In this document: positions 55,980 to 64,000 of the stretch, piece after piece
How positions within the stretch are numbered: position 1 is the first letter of the stretch
How the letters are laid out: each line of letters opens with the position of its first letter
NCBI GenBank assembly: GCA_045633865.1
Contig: JAZQZD010000021.1
Span: 2,915-66,914 of the forward strand
From: Candidatus Enterocola sp.
Lineage (GTDB): Bacteria; Bacteroidota; Bacteroidia; Bacteroidales; Paludibacteraceae
Length of the DNA stretch: 64,000 nt
Direction: 5' to 3'
Made by a program: the position numbers and the translations under genes
Notes under the pieces: model-generated
The model's database searches: none
What the model was told of the DNA's origin: nothing
What the model saw: the letters and a program-made list of their open reading frames with translations, nothing else

Positions 55980-58040
55980 TTATTTCTTTATTTCTGGATA
56001 AGCAATTCTAGTATGATAAATATTCTTTAGTTTTTCCTTAAGTATTTCTTTAGCTTCGCTAATTTCTTTTAGTGTAATAGGAGCTCTATCTAGATAGTGC
56101 TCAGAAATCTGCGCATCAACAATTTTATCTACCAAATTGTTGATACTTTCATCATTATATTCAGGCAAACTTCTAGAAGCAGCTTCCACGGTGTCGCAAA
56201 TCATTACAATAGCTTGTTCCTTCGTATAAGGATTAGGTCCCGCATAGCTAAATTTTTCCGCATCCACATTTTCATTAGGATGTTCGTTTACATATTTATT
56301 ATAAAAATATCTAGTAATACTCTTACCATGGTGAGTTTCTATAAACTCAATAATACTTCTAGGAAGTCCATATTCTTTAGCAATCTTAACACCATCTTTC
56401 ACATGATTTGTAATAATGATAGAACTTTCTTCTGCATTCAATTTATCATGAGGGTTAATGCCCTTTGCCTGATTCTCAGCAAAGAAAGGTGGATTGCTAA
56501 TCTTGCCTACATCGTGATATAAAGCACCTGCTCTAGCCAACAATGGATTTGCACCTATCTTGTTGGCAATCTCCACCGCTAGATTCGAAACTTGAGTACA
56601 ATGTTGGAATGTGCCAGGAACAGTCTCAGAAAGTTTTCTCATCAGCGGAGTGTTTATATCACTAAGTTCTATAAGTCTAACATTAGAAATGAATCCAAAA
56701 ATTTGTTCAATGATATAAATGAAAGGATATGCAAAAAGCAATAAAAGTCCATTAATAACAAAAAATACAAAAGTCATCCAATTCACCTCAAAAATACTAG
56801 AGTCAGAAGTCAGTCCATAACCAAGGAAGAACAAGCAATATGTACAAATAATGAAAATAGCTGTTCTCACAAGTTGAGAACGTTGAGATAAATCTCTTAA
56901 AGTACTAACAGTTACCATACCCGCAGTAGCTTGTAGTAAAACAAACTCAAAAGGTGAAGGTACCACAATAGATGAAATAAAAATTGTGATATAATTAGCA
57001 TAAAGAGCAGTTCTAGTATCAAAGAATGTACTTACAATAATAGGCAAAATAGCAAACGGAATAATATAGATCAACGACGCAGAAGCGTGAGTTATAATAA
57101 GAGAAGTTCCGCCACAGAAGAATACTATCATAAGCAGCAACAACGTTATAACTCGTTTACTATTGTAAAGTTGTTGTCTAAACAGTCTTAAGTAAACATA
57201 AAATAAAGCCATCAAACAAATGATAAGTAGAGAACGACCAATCAAAAGTTTAGAACGTTCATTAAATGTTTGCCCTTGTTTCTCTTCTTTCTCCTTGCTA
57301 AGTGAATTAAGAATCTTTGCCTTTTCCTCAGTAACAATATCACCACGGTCAATAATTCTTTCTCCAGCTTGAACCATACCCTCAGAGATAGAAATATTAT
57401 TTATACGTTCAGTCTTAATAAGGTTTGTAGTATTGGCATCATACAACACGTTATTACTGATATATGATTCAATCTTCCACAGTGAAAGCCAGTTTGGATT
57501 GAAATAACTAGGGAAATCTTTCTTTATTTCAGCCATAGCAGAAGTAGGAGTATAAAGACTACTAGCAGAAATAGCAGAAGTAATCATGTCTCTTTTGAGC
57601 ATAATAGTGCTATCCTTGCGGTCTGTAGCTACCTTCAAATCATTTGCTGAAATTACCCCTATATTATAAATTTCATGAAGTTTGCTTTTAACATAATGAA
57701 GAGCAATAGAGTCCTCAGCCTTTAGAGTATATTCACTCTTAAGCTTATTTTCTAAATTGGTTAGATTCTCAATCTCTGTTCTATAAACACTAGAATCATA
57801 CTCGAAATAAGAAGGAGATGTTTCTATATTTTTTCTCTCAATAGCTAAATCATTAGAAGTTTTATATATAGGAAAATCGTATGGCGCAGTCAATAAATCG
57901 TTTTGCCATGGCTTGCCTATCTCAAACTGAAACGGGTCCAGTGAGGTGCTAGGTAATAAAAGGATAATGACTACTATAGAAATGATGAATAACCCATTCT
58001 TATAGATTTCACTCCATATTTTAGAAGATTTTTTACTCAT
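55980..58040 (-). CDS. 7TM-HD (HDIG) membrane phosphohydrolase, PgpH-like
   Basis: Extracellular domain, 7 TM segments, and an HD domain (HCTQVSNLAV...LYHDVGK...HH). I placed the start at MSKKSSK (58040) because a minus-strand -7 box at 58072..58079 would put the transcription start downstream of the ATG at 58067. Confidence 0.8.
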   Translation of the reverse strand: MSKKSSKIWSEIYKNGLFIISIVVIILLLPSTSLDPFQFEIGKPWQNDLLTAPYDFPIYKTSNDLAIERKNIETSPSYFEYDSSVYRTEIENLTNLENKLKSEYTLKAEDSIALHYVKSKLHEIYNIGVISANDLKVATDRKDSTIMLKRDMITSAISASSLYTPTSAMAEIKKDFPSYFNPNWLSLWKIESYISNNVLYDANTTNLIKTERINNISISEGMVQAGERIIDRGDIVTEEKAKILNSLSKEKEEKQGQTFNERSKLLIGRSLLIICLMALFYVYLRLFRQQLYNSKRVITLLLLMIVFFCGGTSLIITHASASLIYIIPFAILPIIVSTFFDTRTALYANYITIFISSIVVPSPFEFVLLQATAGMVTVSTLRDLSQRSQLVRTAIFIICTYCLFFLGYGLTSDSSIFEVNWMTFVFFVINGLLLLFAYPFIYIIEQIFGFISNVRLIELSDINTPLMRKLSETVPGTFQHCTQVSNLAVEIANKIGANPLLARAGALYHDVGKISNPPFFAENQAKGINPHDKLNAEESSIIITNHVKDGVKIAKEYGLPRSIIEFIETHHGKSITRYFYNKYVNEHPNENVDAEKFSYAGPNPYTKEQAIVMICDTVEAASRSLPEYNDESINNLVDKIVDAQISEHYLDRAPITLKEISEAKEILKEKLKNIYHTRIAYPEIKK

Positions 58041-58071
58041 GTTTGCTTCCTTAAGATATATAATCAATCTA

Positions 58072-58079
58072 CAAAGATA
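58072..58079 (-). promoter_or_regulatory. -7 box (TATCTTTG on the minus strand) for the pgpH-like gene train
   Basis: The plus strand reads caaagata. Confidence 0.45.
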
Positions 58080-58111
58080 CGAAAATATTAAGATATATCT
58101 GTAATTTTTGC

Positions 58112-58119
58112 TAAATTTG
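58112..58119 (+). promoter_or_regulatory. -7 box (TAAATTTG) for the DUF3467 gene
   Basis: TAnnTTTG match 48 nt upstream of the ATG at 58167. Confidence 0.45.
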
Positions 58120-58166
58120 CACCTTATTTAATATAAAAGAATAATTTTTAAAAGAAAATCAGCGAT

Positions 58167-58478
58167 ATGAAAGACGAAAAATCAACCACTCAATTAAATA
58201 TTGAGATACCAGCAGATTTAGAAGAAGTATATTCAAATTTAGCAGTAATAGCACATTCATCAAGCGAATTTGTAATAGATTTTATTAGGGTAATGCCAAA
58301 TATGCCAAAATCAAAAGTAAAATCTAGGATTATTATGAATCCAGAACATGCAAAACGCTTATTAGCTGCATTAAGTCAAAATATTGAAAAATATGAGCAA
58401 CAATTCGGAGAAATTGTTTTACCAGAAAATAGAAAGTCTATGCCAATTTCAAATTGGAACTTCAAAGGAGAAGCGTAA
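58167..58478 (+). CDS. DUF3467 domain protein
   Basis: YSNLAVIAHSSSEFVIDFIRVMPNMPKSKVKSRIIMNPEHAKRLLAAL matches the DUF3467 pattern as I recall it. The position upstream of rpsL is conserved in Bacteroidales. Confidence 0.7.
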   Translation: MKDEKSTTQLNIEIPADLEEVYSNLAVIAHSSSEFVIDFIRVMPNMPKSKVKSRIIMNPEHAKRLLAALSQNIEKYEQQFGEIVLPENRKSMPISNWNFKGEA

Positions 58479-58483
58479 TTTAA

Positions 58484-58506
58484 TTAGGAATTAGGAATTA
58501 GGAATT
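58484..58506 (+). repeat. Heptamer array (TTAGGAA)x3, a variant of the AGGAGTT family, starting 6 nt after the stop codon
   Basis: ttaggaa ttaggaa ttaggaa tt. Confidence 0.85.
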
Positions 58507-58588
58507 GTGAAATTTTCGCTAAACAATAAAAAATCAATATTTTAGCAAAAAAAGATAAGTGAAATTTTGCAGATTAAAATAAAATCCG

Positions 58589-58596
58589 TACCTTTG
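58589..58596 (+). promoter_or_regulatory. -7 box (TACCTTTG) with an upstream TTTG (58566..58569) for the str operon
   Basis: TAnnTTTG match with a TTTG 19 nt upstream, 62 nt before the rpsL ATG. Confidence 0.55.
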
Positions 58597-58657
58597 CAAC
58601 CCAAAAGTGTAAAAGAAGCAAAATAACATAAATAATTTTAAACTAAACTTTTAAACA

Positions 58658-59068
58658 ATGCCTACTATTCAACAATTAGTAAGAAAAGGAAGAACAGCCT
58701 TGACAGAAAAGAGTACTGCTCCTGCGTTGGATGCATGTCCTCAACGTCGCGGTGTTTGTGTAAGGGTTTACACAACAACTCCTAAAAAACCAAATTCGGC
58801 ATTACGTAAAGTGGCACGTGTTCGTTTAACCAACCAAAAAGAGGTTAACTCTTACATTCCAGGAGAAGGACACAACCTACAAGAACACTCTATCGTAATG
58901 ATTCGTGGTGGTCGTGTTAAAGACCTTCCAGGTGTACGTTATCACATCGTTCGTGGTACTTTAGATACTGCAGGTGTAGCAAGCCGTACACAACGTCGTT
59001 CTAAATATGGTGCTAAACGTCCTAAACCAGGTCAAGCTCCAGCAGCCGCAAAAGGCAAAAAGAAATAA
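58658..59068 (+). CDS. rpsL: 30S ribosomal protein S12
   Basis: [12 protein letters not shown]...[16 protein letters not shown] is the universal S12 sequence. Confidence 0.98.
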   Translation: MPTIQQLVRKGRTALTEKSTAPALDACPQRRGVCVRVYTTTPKKPNSALRKVARVRLTNQKEVNSYIPGEGHNLQEHSIVMIRGGRVKDLPGVRYHIVRGTLDTAGVASRTQRRSKYGAKRPKPGQAPAAAKGKKK

Positions 59069-59190
59069 TTAAGAAATAACAGTTATTAATACTGTTTTGG
59101 TTTGAGTCCTTCGGGACTAGGTTGAGTAAATTAGTTCAGCGGAACTTTTTGAAGACGAAAGGCAACCCAAAACGGAAAAATTTAAAAACA

Positions 59191-59667
59191 ATGAGAAAAG
59201 CTAAACCAAAGAAAAGGGTCGTATTACCAGATCCTATTTTCGGCGATGTTATGGTTAGTAAATTTGTTAACCACCTAATGTACGATGGTAAAAAAACTAT
59301 CGCCTATACTATTTTCTACTCTGCCTTAGAAGTCGTTAAAGGCAAAATGGCTAATGAAGACAAGCCAGCTCTTGAAATTTGGAAAAAAGCTCTAGAAAAC
59401 ATCACTCCACAAGTTGAGGTTAAATCTCGTCGTATCGGTGGTGCTACTTTCCAAGTTCCTACAGAAATACGTCCAGAACGTAAAGAATCAATTTCAATGA
59501 AAAACTTAATCCAGTACTCTCGTAAAAGAGGCGGTAAAACTATGGCTGATAAACTAGCAGCTGAAATCGTTGACGCTTATAATATGCAAGGTGCTGCTTA
59601 CAAACGTAAAGAAGATATGCACAAAATGGCAGAAGCTAACCGTGCATTCGCTCACTTCCGTTTCTAA
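59191..59667 (+). CDS. rpsG: 30S ribosomal protein S7
   Basis: [19 protein letters not shown]...[13 protein letters not shown] moved the start to the ATG; the TTG-extended 23 codons are not S7-like. Confidence 0.96.
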   Translation: MRKAKPKKRVVLPDPIFGDVMVSKFVNHLMYDGKKTIAYTIFYSALEVVKGKMANEDKPALEIWKKALENITPQVEVKSRRIGGATFQVPTEIRPERKESISMKNLIQYSRKRGGKTMADKLAAEIVDAYNMQGAAYKRKEDMHKMAEANRAFAHFRF

Positions 59668-59686
59668 TTTTTAAAGACAGAGAAAA

Positions 59687-61804
59687 ATGGCAAAAGCAGA
59701 TTTAAAATACACCAGAAACATTGGTATTATGGCGCACATCGATGCTGGTAAAACTACCACATCAGAACGTATCCTATTCTATACCGGTTTAACACACAAA
59801 ATTGGTGAGGTACACGACGGTGCGGCTACAATGGACTGGATGGAACAAGAACAAGAACGTGGTATTACTATTACATCAGCAGCTACTACCACATTCTGGA
59901 ACTATAAAAACGACAAATATAAAATCAACTTGATTGACACCCCAGGGCACGTTGACTTTACAGTGGAAGTAGAACGTTCACTTCGTATTCTTGACGGTGC
60001 TGTGGCTGCATTCTGTGCTGTAGGTGGTGTAGAACCTCAATCAGAAACAGTATGGCGTCAAGCTGACAAATATAGCGTTCCACGTATTGGTTACGTAAAC
60101 AAAATGGACCGTTCAGGTGCAGACTTCTTCGACGTAGTTCGTCAAGTAAAAGAAGTTTTAGGTGCAAACCCAGTTGCAATCCAAATTCCTATCGGTGCTG
60201 AAGAAACTTTCAAAGGTGTAGTTGACCTTGTTAAAATGAAAGCTATCGTTTGGAACAACGAAACCATGGGCGCTGACTATTCAGTAGAAGATATTCCAGC
60301 AGACTTACAAGCTGAAGCAGAAGAATGGCGTGCTAAAATGTTAGACGCTGTAGCTGAATTCGACGACGAGTTAATGGAAAAATACTTCGAAGATCCAGAA
60401 ACAATCACAGAAGACGAAATCAAACGTGCTATCCGTAAAGGTACTCTAAGCATGTCAATGACTCCAATGATTTGTGGTTCTTCATTCAAAAACAAAGGTG
60501 TACAAACTATGCTAGACTCAGTTTGTGCTTACCTTCCATCACCAATGGATACAGAAGAAATCATCGGTCACGCAGCTGATGACGAAGAAGTACAAATCGT
60601 ACGTCACCCAGACGAATCAGAACCTCTATGTGCATTAGCGTTTAAAATCGCTACTGACCCATATGTAGGTCGTCTATGTTTCTTCCGTGTTTATTCAGGT
60701 AAAATCGATGCAGGTTCTTACATCTGGAATGCACGTTCAGGTAAAAAAGAACGTATCTCACGTATCTTCCAAATGCACTCAAACAAACAAAACCCAGTTG
60801 ATTGTATTGGTGCTGGTGATATCGGTGCAGGTGTAGGTTTCAAAGATATCCGTACAGGTGACACACTATGTAGCGAAGATATGCCAATGACTCTTGAGTC
60901 TATCGACTTCCCAGATCCAGTTATCGGTATCGCTATTGAACCAAAAACTCAAAAAGACTTAGACAAACTAGGTAATGGTCTTGCAAAACTAGCTGAAGAA
61001 GACCCAACATTCACAGTTAGAACTGACGAACAATCTGGTCAAACTATCATCAGCGGTATGGGTGAGCTTCACCTTGAAATCATTATCGACCGTCTAAAAC
61101 GTGAGTTCAAAGTAGAATGTAACCAAGGTCGTCCACAAGTATCTTACAAAGAAGCTATCACCAACACAGTTGACATCCGTGAAGTTTACAAAAAACAATC
61201 AGGTGGTCGTGGTAAATTCGCTGATATGGTACTTAAAGTTGGTCCAGCTGACGAAGATTTCCAAGGCGAACTTCAATTCATCGACGAAGTAAAAGGTGGT
61301 AACATTCCTAAAGAATTCATCCCTTCTATCCAAAAAGGTTTCACAGCAGCTATGCGTAATGGTGTGCTAGCAGGTTACCCAGTTAACCGCCTTAAAGTAG
61401 TAGTAGTGGATGGTTCTTATCACCCAGTGGACTCTGACCAATTATCATACGAAATTTGTGCACAAATAGCATTCAAAAATGCTTGCGCTAAAGCAAGACC
61501 AGTTCTTCTAGAACCTATAATGAAAGTGGAAGTTGTTACTCCAGAAGAAAACATGGGTGATGTTATCGGTGACTTAAACAAACGTCGTGGTCAAGTAGAA
61601 GGTATGGAAACCAGCCGTTCTGGTGCACGTGTTGTAAAAGCTAAAGTACCTCTAGCAGAAATGTTCGGTTACGTAACAGCTTTACGTACTATCACATCAG
61701 GTCGTGCAACCTCTTCTATGGAATTCTCTCACTATGCTGAGGTTTCTACACAAATTGCAAAAGCAGTATTAACTGAAGCAAAAGGTAGAGTAGATTTACT
61801 ATAA
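59687..61804 (+). CDS. fusA: Elongation factor G
   Basis: G1 [21 protein letters not shown]. Full-length EF-G similarity. Confidence 0.98.
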   Translation: MAKADLKYTRNIGIMAHIDAGKTTTSERILFYTGLTHKIGEVHDGAATMDWMEQEQERGITITSAATTTFWNYKNDKYKINLIDTPGHVDFTVEVERSLRILDGAVAAFCAVGGVEPQSETVWRQADKYSVPRIGYVNKMDRSGADFFDVVRQVKEVLGANPVAIQIPIGAEETFKGVVDLVKMKAIVWNNETMGADYSVEDIPADLQAEAEEWRAKMLDAVAEFDDELMEKYFEDPETITEDEIKRAIRKGTLSMSMTPMICGSSFKNKGVQTMLDSVCAYLPSPMDTEEIIGHAADDEEVQIVRHPDESEPLCALAFKIATDPYVGRLCFFRVYSGKIDAGSYIWNARSGKKERISRIFQMHSNKQNPVDCIGAGDIGAGVGFKDIRTGDTLCSEDMPMTLESIDFPDPVIGIAIEPKTQKDLDKLGNGLAKLAEEDPTFTVRTDEQSGQTIISGMGELHLEIIIDRLKREFKVECNQGRPQVSYKEAITNTVDIREVYKKQSGGRGKFADMVLKVGPADEDFQGELQFIDEVKGGNIPKEFIPSIQKGFTAAMRNGVLAGYPVNRLKVVVVDGSYHPVDSDQLSYEICAQIAFKNACAKARPVLLEPIMKVEVVTPEENMGDVIGDLNKRRGQVEGMETSRSGARVVKAKVPLAEMFGYVTALRTITSGRATSSMEFSHYAEVSTQIAKAVLTEAKGRVDLL

Positions 61805-61817
61805 TAATTAACCGAGT

Positions 61818-61847
61818 AGAGGGTTAGTAAATGATTCTTAACCCTCT
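61818..61847 (+). terminator. Hairpin between fusA and rpsJ (agagggtta/taaccctct), a possible attenuator or terminator
   Basis: 9-bp stem read directly from the sequence. The U-tract is poor. Confidence 0.3.
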
Positions 61848-61867
61848 CTCTTAAATAAATAATAAAA

Positions 61868-62173
61868 ATGACACCAAAAATCAGAATCAAACTAAGATCT
61901 TACGATTTCAATTTAGTTGACAAATCAGCTGAAAAAATCGTTAAAACAGTAAAAGCAACAGGTGCAGTAGTAAGCGGTCCAATTCCATTACCAACTCACA
62001 AACGTTATTTCACTGTAAACCGTTCAACATTCGTTAATAAGAAATCTCGTGAACAATTCCAATTGTTCTCATACAAACGTCTTATTGACATTCACAATTC
62101 AACTTCTAAAACCATTGACGCTCTAATGAAATTAGAATTACCAAGTGGTGTACAAGTTGAAATCAAAGCGTAA
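61868..62173 (+). CDS. rpsJ: 30S ribosomal protein S10
   Basis: [10 protein letters not shown]...LD, GPIPLPT, R..F.V.RS..V.KKSREQF. Confidence 0.97.
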   Translation: MTPKIRIKLRSYDFNLVDKSAEKIVKTVKATGAVVSGPIPLPTHKRYFTVNRSTFVNKKSREQFQLFSYKRLIDIHNSTSKTIDALMKLELPSGVQVEIKA

Positions 62174-62210
62174 TAAATATATTTTACAAATCATTTAATA
62201 ATACATTGAA

Positions 62211-62828
62211 ATGCCAGGATTAATAGGAAAAAAAATCGGAATGACATCCGTTTTCAGTGCTGATGGTAAAAATGTACCATGCACTGTTATCGAAGCTGGT
62301 CCTTGTGTTGTTACCCAAATCAAAACTCTTGAAAAAGACGGTTATGATGCTATCCAATTAGGTTTCTCTGAAAAATCAGAAAAACACACAAACAAAGCAG
62401 AAGCAGGTCTTTTCAAGAAAGTAGGTGTAGCTCCACAACGCCACTTGGTTGAGTTCAAAGGATTTGAAGGCGATATCAAAGTAGGTGACGTTATCACCGT
62501 TGATATGTTCGCTGATACCTCTTGGGTAGACGTAATCGGTACCTCTAAAGGTAAAGGTTTCCAAGGTGTTGTTAAACGTCATGGTTTCGGTGGTGTAGGT
62601 CAATCTACTCACGGTCAACATAACCGTTTAAGAGCTCCAGGTTCTATCGGTGCTTGTTCTTACCCAGCAAAAGTGTTTAAAGGAATGCGTATGGCAGGCC
62701 AAACAGGCAATGCACGCGTTACCGTTGAAAACCTTGAGATTTTAAAATTGATTCCTGAAAATAACCTTATCTTAATTAAAGGTTCAGTACCAGGAGCAAA
62801 AGGTTCAATCGTAATAGTAAATAAATAA
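62211..62828 (+). CDS. rplC: 50S ribosomal protein L3
   Basis: [31 protein letters not shown], and a Gln in the STHGQHNR context. Confidence 0.97.
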   Translation: MPGLIGKKIGMTSVFSADGKNVPCTVIEAGPCVVTQIKTLEKDGYDAIQLGFSEKSEKHTNKAEAGLFKKVGVAPQRHLVEFKGFEGDIKVGDVITVDMFADTSWVDVIGTSKGKGFQGVVKRHGFGGVGQSTHGQHNRLRAPGSIGACSYPAKVFKGMRMAGQTGNARVTVENLEILKLIPENNLILIKGSVPGAKGSIVIVNK

Positions 62829-63457
62829 TGGAACTAAGTATATATAACATCGAAGGAAAAGACACCGGCAAGAAGATTTCATTAGATGAATCTATCTTCG
62901 GAATTGAGCCTAACGATCACGCTATTTACTTAGATGTGAAACAATACATGGCTAATAATCGCCAAGGTACTCACAAATCTAAACAAAGAAGCGAAGTAGC
63001 TGGTAGTACACGTAAGTTAGGTCGTCAAAAAGGTGGTGGCGGTGCTCGCCCTGGTGATATCAAATCACCTGTTCGTGTAGGTGGTGGTCGCATATTTGGT
63101 CCAGTGCCACGTGATTACAACTTTAAACTAAACAAAAAAGTTAAACAACTAGCACGTAAATCTGCGCTTTCATATAAAGTTAGAGAAAATGCTCTAGTTA
63201 TCGTAGAAGACTTCAATTTTGAAGCTCCAAAGACAAAAAATTACGTTGCAATGCTTAAAAACTTAAAATGTGACGATAAAAAATCACTTTTAGTTTTATC
63301 AGAAGCAAATAAAAACGTATATTTGTCAGCTCGTAACTTAGCAAAAGCTAACGTTATGATTTCAGCAGACGTTAATACCTATAGCATCCTTGATGCAAAA
63401 TACATGGTGTTAACTGAAAAAGCAGTGGCAGATTTAACAGCATCATTTAACGCTTAA
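62828..63457 (+). CDS. rplD: 50S ribosomal protein L4
   Basis: [29 protein letters not shown]. The start overlaps the rplC stop (TAATG). Confidence 0.95.
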   Translation: MELSIYNIEGKDTGKKISLDESIFGIEPNDHAIYLDVKQYMANNRQGTHKSKQRSEVAGSTRKLGRQKGGGGARPGDIKSPVRVGGGRIFGPVPRDYNFKLNKKVKQLARKSALSYKVRENALVIVEDFNFEAPKTKNYVAMLKNLKCDDKKSLLVLSEANKNVYLSARNLAKANVMISADVNTYSILDAKYMVLTEKAVADLTASFNA

Positions 63458-63471
63458 GGAGGAAATAAGTA

Positions 63472-63762
63472 ATGAGTATAATTATCAAACCTATCGTTAC
63501 AGAAAAGGCAACTTTACTTACAGAAAAACTTAATCGTTATTCTTTCAAAGTTAATAAAGATGCCAATAAAATACAGATCAAAAAAGCTGTAGAAGCTGCT
63601 TATAACGTGACTGTAGTTGATGTCAACACTTCTATTGTACGTGGTAAAAACAAAACACGCTACACTAAAGCTGGCATCATTAAAGGTGCAACTTCTGACT
63701 ACAAAAAAGCAGTAGTTACACTTAAAGAAGGAGATTTAATCGATTTTTATAGCAACATTTAA
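63472..63762 (+). CDS. rplW: 50S ribosomal protein L23
   Basis: IIKPIVTEKA...YSFKV...ANKIQIKKAVE..Y.V.V..VNT. Confidence 0.95.
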   Translation: MSIIIKPIVTEKATLLTEKLNRYSFKVNKDANKIQIKKAVEAAYNVTVVDVNTSIVRGKNKTRYTKAGIIKGATSDYKKAVVTLKEGDLIDFYSNI

Positions 63763-63771
63763 TAAAATAAA

Positions 63772-64000
63772 ATGGCTGTACGTAAATTCAACCCAACAAC
63801 ACCGGGGCAAAGACACAAGATTATTGGAACATTTGACACAATTACTGCAAGTGCTCCAGAAAAATCTCTTGTAGTTGGTAAAAAATCAACAGGTGGTCGT
63901 AACAACGCAGGTAAAATGACCATGCGCTATTTAGGTGGCGGACACAAGAGAAAATTCAGAGTAATTGATTTCAAGCGAGAAAAAGACGGTATCCCTGCAA
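63772..64000 (+). CDS. rplB: 50S ribosomal protein L2, N-terminal part (runs off the right edge of the window)
   Basis: My translation from the ATG at 63772 gives [25 protein letters not shown]...[29 protein letters not shown]. This ORF is not in the supplied track because it is open-ended. Confidence 0.9.
   Translation, partial: MAVRKFNPTTPGQRHKIIGTFDTITASAPEKSLVVGKKSTGGRNNAGKMTMRYLGGGHKRKFRVIDFKREKDGIPA

Noticed and set aside
59122-59190. TTG-initiated 23-codon extension of rpsG.
   Set aside because: S7 proteins start MRKAKPKKR. The extension covers the structured rpsL-rpsG spacer.
59687-62173. No tuf gene between fusA and rpsJ.
   Set aside because: This is the normal arrangement in Bacteroidota, where tuf sits in a separate tRNA-secE-nusG cluster. 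It is not an anomaly.

Overview
This window looks like a chromosomal segment from a Bacteroidota genome, probably a T9SS-positive Bacteroidales; I cannot name a species. The assignment rests on TAnnTTTG -7 promoter boxes before many genes, a 2413-aa SprA translocon, four proteins with T9SS C-terminal sorting domains, and a DUF3467-rpsL-rpsG-fusA-rpsJ-rplCDWB layout with no tuf gene. About two thirds of the window is housekeeping: cysS, gltX, mutL, xth, ruvA, birA, lptB, mlaEF-like genes, pgpH-like, the oadGAB Na+-decarboxylase operon, tRNA-Leu(CAA) and the str/S10 ribosomal operons. The left 26 kb is accessory-like. It holds two copies of a three-gene surface module, the first cut by the window edge. 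Each copy encodes a giant signal-peptide protein ending in a CotH (atypical kinase) domain, a giant beta-helix protein with a T9SS CTD, and a small Cys-rich protein. The small protein ends in a [LM]PLGT + hydrophobic helix + RRKRK tail, which resembles a sorting signal. I consider this module the best candidate for an undescribed system. Between the two copies sit housekeeping genes and an AT-rich two-gene islet (kinase-like and PD-(D/E)XK-like) carrying three 21-bp direct repeats. Three small repeat families fill the intergenic space. The first is an 80-95 bp two-hairpin MITE/REP-like element, with five copies, stem covariation and a filled versus empty site. The second is SD-like heptamer arrays, (AGGAGTT)n, that always abut stop codons. 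The third is a ~100 bp long-hairpin element in three direct copies. I saw no CRISPR array, transposase, integrase or rRNA. All domain calls come from reading the translated ORFs and recalling family motifs; no searches were run.
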